Source of the DNA: an uncultured delta proteobacterium
GTDB taxonomy: Bacteria; Desulfobacterota; Desulfomonilia; UBA1062
NCBI GenBank assembly: GCA_963752595.1
Contig: CAVVYZ010000023.1
Span: forward strand, 20,961 to 84,960
Reading direction: 5' to 3'
Length of the DNA: 64,000 nt
A model generated the notes under the pieces. It was not told the DNA's origin. It searched no databases and worked only from the letters and a program-made list of their open reading frames with translations. The stretch's first letter is position 1. Each line of letters opens with the position of its first letter. The translations under genes and the position numbers were made by a program. This document shows, piece after piece, positions 9,221-20,947 of this stretch.

Positions 9221-10086
9221 GACGCCCTCTCTTTCGCCAGGATGAGCTCTTCGGGGATCAGCTCCAGGAGACGCTTCCTGGCCTCTCCCACGGTCAGGGG
9301 AAGGCCGTCGATGGGGACGCCGTCGTAGCGCTTCATGTCGTAGAGAAGCCCGGAAATGTAGGGAAGCCTGAGGCTGGCCCGGGTGATCATCTCGTGATTG
9401 CAGAAGATTTCCTGTACCGTTCCCTCGCTCAGGAGGCGCCCCTGCTTGAGCACGGCGATGCGGTCCACGAAGAGCGGGAGCATGTCCACCGAATGGGTGG
9501 CCATGATGATGGTGGCCCCCTGCTTGTTCAACTGGTGCAGGAGCTGGAGCATCACCATCTCTCCCGCAGGGTCCAGGCCCTGGGTGGGTTCGTCCAGGAT
9601 GAGGATGCGGGGCTGCATGGCCAGGACACCTGCCAGACAGACCCGTTTCTTTTCCCCGAAGCTCAGGTGGTGTATGGCCCGGGACCGCAGAGCCGAGATA
9701 CCCACGGCATCGAGGGACTGTTCCACCCGGTCCCGGATTTCATGTTCGGAAAGCCCGAGATTGCGGGGGCCGAAGGCCACATCTTCGGCAACAGTGGCGG
9801 CAAACAGCTGATCATCCGGGTTCTGAAAGACCAGCCCCACCTTCTGGTAAAGCTCTTTTGCGGTCAGTGAGCGCTGGTCTTTGCCCTCAATGGTGATGGT
9901 GCCGGTCCGGGGCTTCAGCAGCCCCATCAGGACCTTGATGAGCGTGGTTTTCCCCGATCCGTTGGAGGCAAGCATTGCAATGAATTCGCCGGTGTTCACC
10001 CGGAGATCAAGGGCATACAGGGCCTGGGTTCCTTCGGGATAGGTATAGGATATATCAAGGGCTTCGATGCAGAAGCTGTCCTGCAT
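9217..10086 (-). CDS. cbiO: ECF cobalt transporter ATPase
   Basis: SNGSGKT, FQNPDDQLF, LSFGEKKR, LDEPT. Confidence 0.93.
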   Translation of the reverse strand: MQDSFCIEALDISYTYPEGTQALYALDLRVNTGEFIAMLASNGSGKTTLIKVLMGLLKPRTGTITIEGKDQRSLTAKELYQKVGLVFQNPDDQLFAATVAEDVAFGPRNLGLSEHEIRDRVEQSLDAVGISALRSRAIHHLSFGEKKRVCLAGVLAMQPRILILDEPTQGLDPAGEMVMLQLLHQLNKQGATIIMATHSVDMLPLFVDRIAVLKQGRLLSEGTVQEIFCNHEMITRASLRLPYISGLLYDMKRYDGVPIDGLPLTVGEARKRLLELIPEELILAKERAS

Positions 10087-10088
10087 AC

Positions 10089-10826
10089 TCACCTCCACTC
10101 CTGAATCAGGAACAGGCAGATGATCACCAGGCAGGGGAGCAGGGAAAACAGGATTTCCCTGCCGGTCATCCGGGGGAGGGGTTCACCGGGGATCGAACCG
10201 TTGTAACCCCGCAGCAGCATGGCTTCATGGGTCTGCCTGGACTGATCCAGAGAACGGAGGATGACCGATCCCGCCAGCGTGCCCAGGGACGAGAGCGTCC
10301 GTTTTACCCCGTGATGGCCGAGGCGCACGCGCTGGGCGCAGGAGGCTTCCGAGGCATGCTCCAGGAGGATGAAGATGCTGCGGTACATGAGCATGGCGAG
10401 CTCCACCCATCCCCTGGGGATGCCGAGGGCGCGCAAGGCGCTGAAGATCCTGTGGGCCGGGGTCACCATGCCGAGCAGGATCATGATGGACAGGCTGCCC
10501 AGCACCTTGGAGCCCATGAGAAATCCTGCATGAAGGACAGGTATCCCGCCGGTAGTCAGTTTGCCCTGGGAATATGCCTGCAGCGCGATGAGTACCAGAA
10601 CGAAGCCCATGGGCAGAGCAAGACGGCTGAAGAGAAGCATCAGGGGCATTTTAAGGACCAGCAGGCATGAGAGACACAGAACTAAGGTGATGAGCGGCAG
10701 ATGAACATGAGTTGAAAGGATGATGCAGATGATCGCTGTAAGCGCCGTTATGATCTTTACGCGGGGATCGAGCCGGGTCAGAATGTTTTCGCGATAGGAA
10801 AAAATATCCAGAAACAGATCAAACAT
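10089..10826 (-). CDS. cbiQ: ECF cobalt transporter T component
   Basis: LDPRVK, hydrophobic helices, AMLLRGY; ATG 10826 overlaps upstream gene. Confidence 0.9.
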   Translation of the reverse strand: MFDLFLDIFSYRENILTRLDPRVKIITALTAIICIILSTHVHLPLITLVLCLSCLLVLKMPLMLLFSRLALPMGFVLVLIALQAYSQGKLTTGGIPVLHAGFLMGSKVLGSLSIMILLGMVTPAHRIFSALRALGIPRGWVELAMLMYRSIFILLEHASEASCAQRVRLGHHGVKRTLSSLGTLAGSVILRSLDQSRQTHEAMLLRGYNGSIPGEPLPRMTGREILFSLLPCLVIICLFLIQEWR

Positions 10827-11094
10827 CTTCGAGTTCCCTCTTTCTGCGGGGCGGGAAGAGCTCGCGGAAATAGTATCCTCCGGCAAATCCGCCAATGGCT
10901 CCGGCCGTGAGGAAGACAAAAAGGAGAAGGTCGCCCTGGTCGGTGTTGATAAAGGGATCACACGGCGGCCGGCCTGCCTCCATGGCATACTTTTCCACCA
11001 CGGTCTCGTCCACGCCGGTCCATCTGTCTGCGGCAGAACAAGGGCCTGCTGAGATGAAGGATACAATCATGAAAAGCAAGGCAATGATCTTCAT
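10819..11094 (-). CDS. Small cobalt-transport accessory membrane protein (CbiN-like)
   Basis: Signal peptide, WTGVDETVVEK..PFINTDQGDLLLFVFL..G..GGF..GY; located between cbiM and cbiQ. Confidence 0.7.
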   Translation of the reverse strand: MKIIALLFMIVSFISAGPCSAADRWTGVDETVVEKYAMEAGRPPCDPFINTDQGDLLLFVFLTAGAIGGFAGGYYFRELFPPRRKRELEDV

Positions 11095-11832
11095 GCAGGC
11101 ACCTTCTCCCTTGTCAAAAAGCTCAAAAGCTCGGGCCTGCGCGCACTGATGAAACGGTATACTCCTGCGCACATGATGCCTTCCACGATACCCAGGGGCA
11201 CCTGGGTCGGGACAAAGGCCAGGAGGATCGCCGTAAACATTGTGGTGAAGGACGTGCTGCCCGAAAGGGCTGTAGCGAGCTCGAACGAGGTCATGGCATA
11301 GGTGGCCCAGTCCGAGAGCAGGCCTGCCAGGAAGAACGCCACCGGCAAGGGCGCTCCGATGCGGCGGGATAGTATGAATATGCCGTAACCGGTGAAGGCG
11401 CCGACAACACCCATGGAGACGATGTTGGCCCCGAGGGTTGTCAGCCCGCCGTGGGCCAGGAAAAGGGCCTGGAGCACCAGGGAAACGCTGGCAACAAGAA
11501 CGCTTAAACTTGGGCCGATGATGACGGCTGCCAGGCCGGTGCCGCAGGGATGAGAGCATGAACCGACAACAGGGGACCGGGATGGGCATGCAGGAGATGA
11601 TGAAAACCGCAGCTCCCACAAGCCCTATCAGGGGTTTGAAATGAGGGATTGATGCACTTTGGACACGCATATTGCGAAGTCCCCATGCCACAAAAGGACC
11701 CGCTGCAATGAACCAGAGGACAGCCCACTTGGCCGGAAGGATGCCCTCGGTGATATGCATCGCAAAAGCGTCACCGGGAAGAACCGGCATCAGGATGGCC
11801 GTCAATGCGGTCAATATGTAAAGATTGTTCAT
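11091..11832 (-). CDS. cbiM: ECF cobalt transporter S component (one indel)
   Basis: Signal peptide then AMHITEGILP; SCSHPCG; QALFLAHGGLTTLGAN; TQVPL. Confidence 0.93.
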
Positions 11833-11861
11833 AAACCAATCCCCTTTACCTGTTCCCATGA

Positions 11862-12300
11862 TCATCCTCTTTTTGAGTGAATATGATCCGAGTGTTCGAA
11901 ATGGCGGATATTTTCTAGGCTACGTGACTCCTCCACCCGGCGGATGACAAGGTCCGCCAGGGACTCGTCATACCCGAGATTCTTCCCCAGGATAAGCTTG
12001 ACTTCAGGATTTCCCGCTGCCTTTTCCCTGAGCATGGCCGGGATGTCTTCTTGGATGTGTACTCCGGCATGGAGAAAGTAGGGGAGGACGATGATCCGGT
12101 TCGCACCCTGCGCCACGCAGCGGTCAAAGGCTTCGGGGAAATACGGGACGGACATGGACATGCTGCAGGTCTCGATGATGCCGCCTCCCACCTTCTCCTT
12201 CATCCGTGCGGCAATTTTTTCCATGTCCTCGCCGGCGCCGGGCCTGCGGCTCCCATGGCCGATGATGATGATTGCCTCCCGGATGCCGTCTTCTCCGGGA
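11862..12300 (-). CDS. cbiX: Sirohydrochlorin cobaltochelatase CbiX domain (possibly fused to CbiC)
   Basis: IIIGHGSR, LPYFLHAGVHIQEDIP, His-containing tail. Confidence 0.85.
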
Positions 12301-12986
12301 TCGTTCCCTGTGCCGTGCAGCCAGTGAGCACAGGGCATGGATCACGCTCACCGCCAGCGTGCTTCCGCCACGCCGTCCGTCCAGGACAATGGCGGGAATG
12401 TCCAGCTGCAGGAGTTCGGTCTTGCTTTCCTCCACATGCACGAACCCAACAGGCATTGCCACCACCAGGGCGGGACGGATGCCTTCCTCCAGGATCATCC
12501 GGTTGAGCTCGAGCAGGGCCACGGGCGAATTGCCGAACACCGCGATGCCGTTCTGAAGTGCATGCTTCGCCTTGCGCACGGCAAAAAGGGATCGGGGCAG
12601 GCCTTCCCCTTCCGCATCTTTTGCCACATCCGGATCGGCGATATGGCACAGGATGCTGCCGGGTGTATAGTGAACGCTCGCTTGCCTCAACCGGGGAAGC
12701 GACAATCCGGCCCGGATCATGTTCGCATCAACATAGATCTGCCGGGCACCGGCAAGTGCCTGAATGCCGGATGCAACGGCATCGGAGGTAAACCGGACAT
12801 CCTGCATGATCCCGAAATCTCCTGTGGTATGGATCATGCGGCACACGATCTCCCATTCCTGCTTTAAAAAGTGTGGGGAGGGGCCTCTTTGTCAATAATG
12901 CCAAATGACATGGCCTCGATATCGTTCCCGCTTCTGGGGGATGACAGCAGCGAGCGGATGAGGGGAGCATTCAATGATTTCTTCAT
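12300..12986 (-). CDS. cbiC: Cobalt-precorrin-8 methylmutase (indels)
   Basis: IEAMSF.IID, RMIHTTGDF, GNSPVAL, PVGFV, GRRGGS; boundary with cbiX approximate. Confidence 0.9.
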
Positions 12987-13045
12987 GTTATTTTCCCTTT
13001 AATAATAAACGTTCAGCAGTTTTCTGCTGATCTTCCTTATCTTCC

Positions 13046-14475
13046 TCACCCCTTGCGGGAGCGGAATGACAAGAGGGGGCCGGTTTCGTCCAAGGCTTTA
13101 CAAAGAGAAACAAACCGGTCCAGCGCCTGCGGCCTGCAGGCAAGGTGCTGATGGATGTAGCTCGCCAGGATATGGCCGTGCTGGAATCCTCTCCCGGCGG
13201 GTAGCGTCGGACCGGGGTTTTTTCAGTGAATAGACCGGTTCCCATCCTTCCTTTCCTGCGGGATCCGCGGTGAGCTCGGAGTAATGAAACTCATGGCCTT
13301 TCAGGACCGTTCCCCGTGTTCCCCGAGGGAATCCTCGGTCGAGATGCGTCTCGACATAGCCAAGGGCCTGCCTGAGCCGTTCCAGCATTCTGTTGCGAGC
13401 GGAAGGATGCCGGCCATGCCGTAGGTCCTGCCGTCCAGGGTGTCTATCCCCTGCGACAGGTACATCAGGCCGCCGCATTCCGCGTAGACAGGCCGGCCGG
13501 ACCCGGCAAAGCCCCGGACGTCGGAGAGCATGGACTCATTTGCCGCAAGCGCCGGCGCACATGCTCCGGATATCCTCCGCCGAGATACAGTCCGTGGAGA
13601 TGGCCGGGGAGATGTCCGTCCCGGACCGGTGAGAAAAATTCCAGGGTGCACCCGCGGCCGACCAGCTCGTCGAGGAGATCCTGGTAATAGAAATGGAAGG
13701 CCCGGTCCCGGGCGACGCCCAGGCGGACGAAAGAAGGCCGGGCCATCACGTCCGCAGGAGCCGGAATCCGGAGAGGGGCTCCCTGCCGGGCAATCTCGCT
13801 GGATCCTTTCCAGGTTTGAGGAAGCGGTCGCAGACGTCTGCCAGGGTTGCCAAGATTTCCGGCGTGATACTCGAAGGCTCGGCGGTGACCAGGCCCAGAT
13901 GCCGGCTCTCCAGTCCGGGAACCGCTCCCCGGGGGACAGCTCCCAGCAGGGAAGGGCAGCCGGCGGCCTGTAATGAGCTTTCCAGCACGGAGCCATGTCT
14001 TTCAGATCCGCAGTGATTGGCAATGACGCCTGCTATGCCGAACCCCTTCTCGAATCCGCGCATAGCCCTGTACCGTGCAGCCAGGCTGCGGGCCATGCCG
14101 TGCACGTCGCACGACCAGGAGCACCGGGGCGTTCGAGCCAGCGCGGCGATCTCGGCCGTGCTCCCGCTTCGAGCGGCCTGGGCGTGCGCCGTCGAAAAGG
14201 CCCATGACGCCCTTCGATCACCGCGATGTCGGCGTCCGCCGTGGCGCGGGCGAACAGCTCCCGTACATACTTCGCGCCGGACATCCAGCCGTCCAGGTTG
14301 TAGCAGGTGCCTGCCCGGAGGCAAGGGACAGATAGGTGGGATCCAGGAAATCGGGCCCCACCTTGAATGTCTGCACGCGGATGCTTCCGCACCAGCGAGG
14401 CGCCAGGGCGAAGCTCAACGAGGTCTTGCCGACGCCGCTGCCGGTTCCCGGCGATCACGATCCTGGGTCGGTCAT
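13046..14475 (-). CDS. cbiA: Cobyrinate a,c-diamide synthase (multiple indels)
   Basis: SGVGKT, FKVGPDFLD, NLDGW, RHLGL, ARDRAFHFYY, YLGGGYPE, AECGGLMYL, GHEFHYS. Confidence 0.9.
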
Positions 14476-15012
14476 TGGGCGTTCAATCGCTCGACCCCCT
14501 TTCTGCGCCTTGTCGCCGGTCGAAGCCGTGCTTGACGCATGCGCATTTCGGTCACCGTGTCGGCCAGCATCCACAAGTGCCGGGCGTTGCCTCGCGACCT
14601 GTCAGCACGATGCACGTCTCCGGGCGTGCGCATCTTGAGCGCCGAGCACCTGCTGTCTTCAACGAGGCTGCCGCGACACGGCGAAGCAGATCTCGTCCAG
14701 GACACGATCGGCGAATCGGCCGGTGGCGATGGCCTCGGCCGCTTTGTCGCAGTCCCGCCTGGGCCGCGTCGCGATGCGTGGCCATGAGCGGTCTGCCGTT
14801 TCGGCCGGAAGGAACCCGAGGCCGGTCATGTGATATCTCGGAGTCGGCGCGGCCTGGAGCGGCGGCAAATTCGCCGACCGAGTGTCGGCCTTCACGAAAT
14901 GCAGGATGAACGCTTCTGCCATGCCCGCGGCTCGGAAGGCCATGCCCAGGGCGGCGGTGGTCTTGCCTTTGCCGTCGCCGGTGAAAAGGAGGATGCGCGG
15001 CTTGGAACTCAT
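14472..15012 (-). CDS. cobO: Cob(I)yrinic acid a,c-diamide adenosyltransferase (indels)
   Basis: FTGDGKGKTTAALG, LDEI, VLTGR, LADTVTEMR. Confidence 0.88.
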
Positions 15013-15029
15013 CCGGTGGTCTTCATGCG

Positions 15030-15990
15030 AAGCCAGCAGTGGATCGCGCCGATGGCAATGCCAGGCACATCGCGAAGAAACAGGCCCGACGCCGCGAACA
15101 TCAGGGCATTGGCCTTGCGGATATGACGCGGACTGCAGAGGCGAAGGTCGCGTCGCCGATCGTGGGCATCTCATCGGGCTGGCCTTCGTAGTACGTGGCC
15201 TGCCCAGCTGCACGCCCAGGGCGCCGGCCATGGCCGCTTCGGCCAGCCCCGAGTTGGGACTGGCATGTTTCCGGCCGTCCCTCCTGCTGATCCGCAATGC
15301 CCCCCGGCGCAGCCTGATCAAGGAGTACGGCGGCTACAGCAAGCGGGGCCGCTAAGCCGGGCCGGGAGGTAGTTGGCCGCGTCGTCGATCCTGGCCGAGG
15401 CCCAGCCGAATCGGCGATACCGATCGTTCTGGTATCCGAAGATCGAGTCCAGCGTGTTGACGGCCTTGTACGACAAGGGCGCCCACCGGGCCGGCCAGGA
15501 AGGCGAAGAACAGGGGGGCGATGACGCCGTCGACGGTGTTTTCCGCCACGCTTTCCACGGCAGCGCGGGTGATGCCTTCTTCATCGAGCTGCTCCGTGTC
15601 CCTGCCCACCATCCGGGATACGACACTTCCCGTCGCCTTCGGGCAGATCGCCCGCAACCAGGGCCCGGAACACGGCCATGCTGTGCCGGGCCAGGTCGCG
15701 CGCGGCGAAGGTCGTGTAGAGCAAAAGGATGCCGACGGCATCACGCAGGAAGGGGTGGATGAACGCCGGCCAGGCAGAGAATGCCTGCAGGCCGCCAGGC
15801 CTGCAGTGGTAAGGATGACCACGGCAGCGGTGAAGATGCCGGCTGTACCGTCGGCCGGAATCTCTGTCTCGCAGGTGCTTCCAGCCTGATGGCCAGGCCG
15901 CCGATGAGCGACGGGGTGGGGCAGGCAGCGGGGGTCTCCCAGGACGAGATCGAGCGCCAGGGCGATGAGGATTTGATACTTCAGCTCCAT
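15030..15990 (-). CDS. cbiB: Adenosylcobinamide-phosphate synthase (indels)
   Basis: [58 protein letters not shown]; 3' end approximate. Confidence 0.9.
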
Positions 15991-15993
15991 CGG

Positions 15994-17510
15994 CTATAAT
16001 CCCATGATCCGGTAAATTTCTTCTATATCCATATGGTCCCGCACCACCTCCGCCAGGCGGTCCAAGGCGGGCTCCAAGTCGAAGGGCGCAACGATTTTGC
16101 CCACGGGCGGCAGGCCCCGGCGGGCCCTGAGCCGGTCGATGAACCAGCGGCGGAATTCGTCGGCATCGAAGATGCCGTGCAGATAGGTGCCCCAGACGGG
16201 CCGGTTCCGGCGATGTGACGCCGATGACCTCGCCGTCCTCGCCGGACGACGAGCGGCAGACAGGCCGCGCCGGCTCGTCTGGCCGTGATGGATCTCGTAG
16301 CCGTTCACCCGGAGCCCGGAACCGGCATGCACGGCCGATAACGAGCCGCAGGGTCTTGTCCGGCGGAGCATCCCGTGGTCACGGCAGCAGGCCGAGGGCC
16401 TGCATGGTCCTGCCGGACGATCTCGATGCCCTGCGGGTCAGCGATCTCGTGTCCCAGCATCTGAAACCCGCCGCAGATCCCGACGATCTCCGTTGTCCTC
16501 CGCCTGCGCCAGTTCGATGATCCGTCCGGCCAAGCCGCTTCGCTGCAGATACTCCAGATCGGCCGATGACGTTCTTGCTGCCCGGGATGATCACCGCGTG
16601 CGGGTCCTGAAGTCTCCGTCGCTGCGCACGATCCGCAGGCGCACATCCGGTTCGATCCGCAGGGCGTCAAAATCGGTGAAATTGGAAATGTGGGGCAGAT
16701 CGATCACGGCGATCTCCACGCCTTCTTCCGATCGGCGCGACTCGTCCGATTGGCGCGCTCTTTGAAGCTGACCGAATCCTCTTCCGGCAGGCCGAGGTCT
16801 TTCAGATAAGGGACGGTCCCCAGGACCGGCCGGCCGGTATGGCGCTGCGTGTACTCGATGGCCGGTCCCAGCAAGCTTTCCTCGCCCCGGAAACGGTTGA
16901 CGATAAACCCGGCCACCAGCCCGCGTTCCCATTCGGCCAGGACTTCCATGGTGCCGACAAAGGAGGCAAAGACGCCGCCCCGGTCGATGTCGCCCACCAG
17001 CAGGACCGGCGCGCCGGCGTATTCGGCCATGCGCATGTTGACGATATCGTGGTGTTTCAGGTTGACTTCGGCCGGGCTGCCGGCCCCTTCCAGGACGATG
17101 ACGTCGAATTCGCGCGGCCAGGGAATCGTAGGCCTCCTTGGCGGCCTCGAAGGCCTGCGGCTTGTAGCGGATATATTCGTTCACGTCCATATTGCCCACC
17201 GGCTTGCCCAGGACGATCACCTGGCGCCGGTGTCGCTGTTGGGTTTGAGCAGGACGGGATTCATCCGCACGTCCGGCTCCAGCCGGCAGGCCTGGGCCTG
17301 GACCACCTGGGCCCGGCCCATCTCGCCGCCGTCGCGGGTGACGAACGAATTGAGCGACATGTTCTGGGACTTGAAGGGGGCCACCCGGTACCCGTCCTGC
17401 AGCAGGATGCGGCAGAAGGCCGCCGTCAGGACGCTCTTGCCGGCATTGGAGCTGGTGCCCTGGAACATGAGGGCCGGACGCTTCCGGACGGTCGTGCTTT
17501 CCAGGCGCAT
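15994..17510 (-). CDS. cobQ: Cobyric acid synthase (indels; possibly fused to upstream CobD)
   Basis: [62 protein letters not shown]. Confidence 0.93.
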
Positions 17511-17513
17511 GGT

Positions 17514-18570
17514 TCAGGATCCTGCCCAGGGCTTCGCACAGCCGTGCATTTTCAATTTCGCGTCCGTACGGCCACGCGGAAGAACCGGTTGTCGAGCCCG
17601 GCGAAATTGTCGCAGACCCTGACGGCCATGCCTTCGCTCAGGAGCCGGCAAGCGATCTTTCCGGCATCCGTCCCGCTGCGCTCCACCTTGACCAGCAGAA
17701 AATTGGCTGCGCCCGGATATACGTTCAGGCCGGGGATCGATCCCAGGGCGCGCTGCAAGGCGGTCCCTTGCTTTCCGGATAAATTCCCTGGTGCGGCCTG
17801 CATATGGCTCGTCATTGAGCGCTGCTTCCCCGACAGCCTGGGCGAACGTGTTCACGGACCAGGGGGGCATGAGCTGCTTCAGTCTGGATACAAGGTCGGG
17901 GGCGCCTGCGGCGAAACCGAGCCGCATGCCCGGTATGGCATAGAACTTGGTGAGCGAGCACAGCACGAGGACATTATCCGGACGGTTCCTGACCAGGCGG
18001 TCCATGCCGTCCACGAAATCCGCAAAGGCCTCGTCCACGATGAACATCGTTTCCGGATGATCAGCGGCCAGTCTCCTGAGTTCGGCCGGAATCGAGCGCA
18101 CAGGCCCGTTGGGATTATTGGGATTACCCATGAAGACCAGCTCATTTCCCTGCAGTCTCTTTTCCAGATGGGCAGGTCGAGGGCGAATCCTTGGTCCTCC
18201 TTCAGGGTGATCATGTCGATGTCCAGTCCCGCCATCCGGGACACGGCCAGGTAGTCCGCATAGGAAGGGACCGGGATCACGCCCGCCGGGCGGGAAAGGC
18301 CCGGGGAATGAGGTGGAGGATCTCGGTGGAGCCGTTCCCCACTAGCACCTGTTCCGGGGGGATGCCATGGGCGGATGATATGGCCTTCACCAGGGAGAGA
18401 CTGTCCGGGTCGGGGTAATGAACGATGGAGCTGATCCTGGAGCTGATGAGCGGCCTAAGCCATCCGGGGGGGCCGAGGGGATTGATGCTGGCGGAAAAGT
18501 CGATGATCCGGGATTCGGACACTCCTGCCCTGGCCGCCAGATCCCGGATATTTCCGCCGTGCCCGGTCAT
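17514..18570 (-). CDS. cobD: L-threonine-O-3-phosphate decarboxylase (indels)
   Basis: [49 protein letters not shown]. Confidence 0.9.
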
Positions 18571-19322
18571 GGGAGACCTCCCCGGAAGATCCAGATGGCG
18601 GCCACCAGGGGAGGGACGAACTCGGCAGTCTCGCATGCGGCGCCCAGGGTATCGCCGGTCATGCCCCCGATCTTCCGGTATGTATAGCCGGTCAGCAGAG
18701 TGCAGCTGCGCATGCTGCAAGCCCCATGGTCAGCCCGGCCCAGTGTGCAGCCAGAAAGCCGATGAAAAGCATGAGGAACAGGGCCCATAGTGGTTGGAAA
18801 GGTGAGCGTTTCTGTATAAATACCGAGCACAGTCCTCCTTCCGCACGGGCATACGGAAGAAGGGACAGCATGATGAGCAGGGAACAACGGCCTGCCAGCG
18901 GCATGAGCAGGATGACGCTGCTCCGCATTGCGCCGGTTACGGATGCCAGCAGGGCGGTTTTCAGGACCAGGTCGCACACGATGGCTGCTGCACCCATCGG
19001 CCCGGTGCGGCTGTCTTTCATGATCTCCAGCATGCGCTCGCGGGGACGTGAGCTGAAAAAGCCGTCGGCGGTATCGGCCAGCCCGTCGAGATGAAGGCCG
19101 CCGCTCATGATCAGCAGCGCTATGATGACCAGTGCGCTTCCCGCCAGGGGAGGCAGGATGTGCTGCAATCCGTAATCGAACAGAGCGGCTGCTGCACCGA
19201 GAAGCAGGCCCACCAGCGGGAAAATGCGCGGGACTCCTTTCCAGATCCCGTTCATCCAGCCTGAGGAATCCGGGCACGGGAAGAACGGTCAGGAACTGGA
19301 GGGCCGCCAGAAAGGATCTCAT
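18567..19322 (-). CDS. cobS: Adenosylcobinamide-GDP ribazoletransferase (indels)
   Basis: [41 protein letters not shown]. Confidence 0.93.
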   Translation of the reverse strand: MRSFLAALQFLTVLPVPGFLRLDERDLERSPAHFPAGGPASRCSSRSVRLRIAAHPASPGGKRTGHHSAADHERRPSSRRAGRYRRRLFQLTSPRAHAGDHERQPHRADGCSSHRVRPGPENRPAGIRNRRNAEQRHPAHAAGRPLFPAHHAVPSSVCPCGRRTVLGIYTETLTFPTTMGPVPHAFHRLSGCTLGRADHGACSMRSCTLLTGYTYRKIGGMTGDTLGAACETAEFVPPLVAAIWIFRGGLP

Positions 19323-20391
19323 ACCGGGCTGACCTTTGACACGGAGGCTTCCTCAAAGGTGGCGACTTCCGTCAGGATACGCACCGCTGCCTCCACCAGA
19401 TTCATGGCCAGAGCGGCCCCGGTTCCTTCGCCGAGCCGGAGGTCCAGGTCGAGAAGGGGCTTTTTCCCGAGATGATCGAGGGCGATGCGGTGTCCCTTTT
19501 CCACGCTCGATGGGCTGCGATCATGTAGTCGCCGGAAGCGGGGCATAGTGCCCCGGCAATCAGGGCGCCGGCGGTGGAAATGAAGCCGTCGATGACCACG
19601 GGTTTCTTCTGTGCGGCAGCACCCAGGATCAGTCCGGCAATGCCGCCGATTTCAAAACCACCCACCTTTGCAAGCACGTCCAGGGGATCGTGTTCATCGG
19701 GCCTGTTTACGTCCAGCGCACGTTCGATGACTGCAATCTTGTTCCGGTACTGTTCATCATCGATCCCGGTTCCCCGTCCGGTCACTTCAGCAGCCGGAGT
19801 GCCGGTCATAACAGCGACAATGGCGCTGCTAGGGCGTGGTGTTGCCGATACCCATCTCCCCCGTTCCGAAGACATCGGTTCCGGGTCCGAGCTCCAGGGC
19901 AGTCCTGATCCCGGCCTCGATGGATTCCACGGGCCTGTTCCGGAGTCATGGCCGGGCCCTGGGCCATGTTCCTCGTGCCCGGCCGCGATCCGCCGGGAGA
20001 TGAAGCTATCCGATCCCGAAAGGTCCGAAAGATCGCCGGCCACCCCCATGTCCACGACCACGACACGGCCGCGCCTGCCTGCCGTGCCAGGGCATTGATG
20101 CCGGCACCGCCCCGGATGAAGTTATGGACCATCTGAAGGGTGACCTCCTGGGGATAGCTTGCTGACCCCTTCGGCGGTGACGCCATGATCGCCCGCCATG
20201 ATGACGATGACCTTCCGGTCCACCGGCGGCCGGAGTGAACGGGTCATCCCGGCCAGATCCTCGGCAAGGTCCATGAGACGGCCCAGGGCCCAGTGGGGCA
20301 TGGTCAGCTGTTCGAGCCGCGCCCTGGCTTTTGCCCGTGCTTCAGCATCCTGAGCACGTATGTTTTTCAGCGTTTCATCCAGCAGGTTCAA
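19319..20391 (-). CDS. cobT: Nicotinate-nucleotide--dimethylbenzimidazole phosphoribosyltransferase (indels)
   Basis: [44 protein letters not shown]. Confidence 0.93.
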
Positions 20392-20946
20392 GATATCTCC
20401 TTTTCCTCTTTTTTCTTGATGAGCATGGGTATGCCGCAGAAGGTGACGTACACCGCGTCGGCCTCCGAGGCGACCACCTGCCCGGCGCGGCCCGACAGGT
20501 CCCGGAAGAGCCGTGCCGAGGCATTGTCCGGGACAATACCCATGCCCACTTCATTGATGACTATGATAACCGTTGCCGGCGATTTCCTGCACTCGGAAAG
20601 AAGATCGAGGCAGAGTGAGGAAACTGTCTTCTTCCGTGATTGTCGGCCTTCCTGCTCCGCCTGGTACATGAGGTTGCTGATCCACAGCGTCAGGCAGTCT
20701 ATGAGGACCACCGGATGCCGGTGCCTCCCGCAGGACCTTGCAAGATCCACGGACTCCTCGATGGTATCCCACGCATGGTTGCTCCGTGCCTTCCGGTGCT
20801 TTTCCACCCGCACGCGCATCTCTTCATCCATGACCGGGCAGGTGGCCACATATGCCCTGGGACCAGGCAGGGATTCGGCCAGCTGCTGTGCATAACGCGC
20901 TCTTTCCGCTGCGGCTTCCGCCGGTCACCAGGATGACTCTGCCCAT
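20388..20946 (-). CDS. cobU: Adenosylcobinamide kinase/guanylyltransferase (indel)
   Basis: LVTGG.RSGKS, DEEM..R...H, WDTIEE, DCLTLWISN, NEVGMG, FRD. Confidence 0.92.
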
Positions 20947-20947
20947 C

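Noticed and set aside
10819-11865. Apparent CbiM-CbiN and CbiN-CbiQ fusions in the ORF track
   Set aside because: Artefacts of one indel and open alternative frames; each gene has its own overlapping start and RBS.
13040-13075. REP-like GCGGAATGAC motif
   Set aside because: Single degenerate copy overlapping the cbiA 3' end.
16839-18254. Long antisense ORFs (also 23442-24524, 25618-26574, 62319-63536)
   Set aside because: Shadow ORFs of GC-rich genes on the opposite strand; no motifs or RBS.
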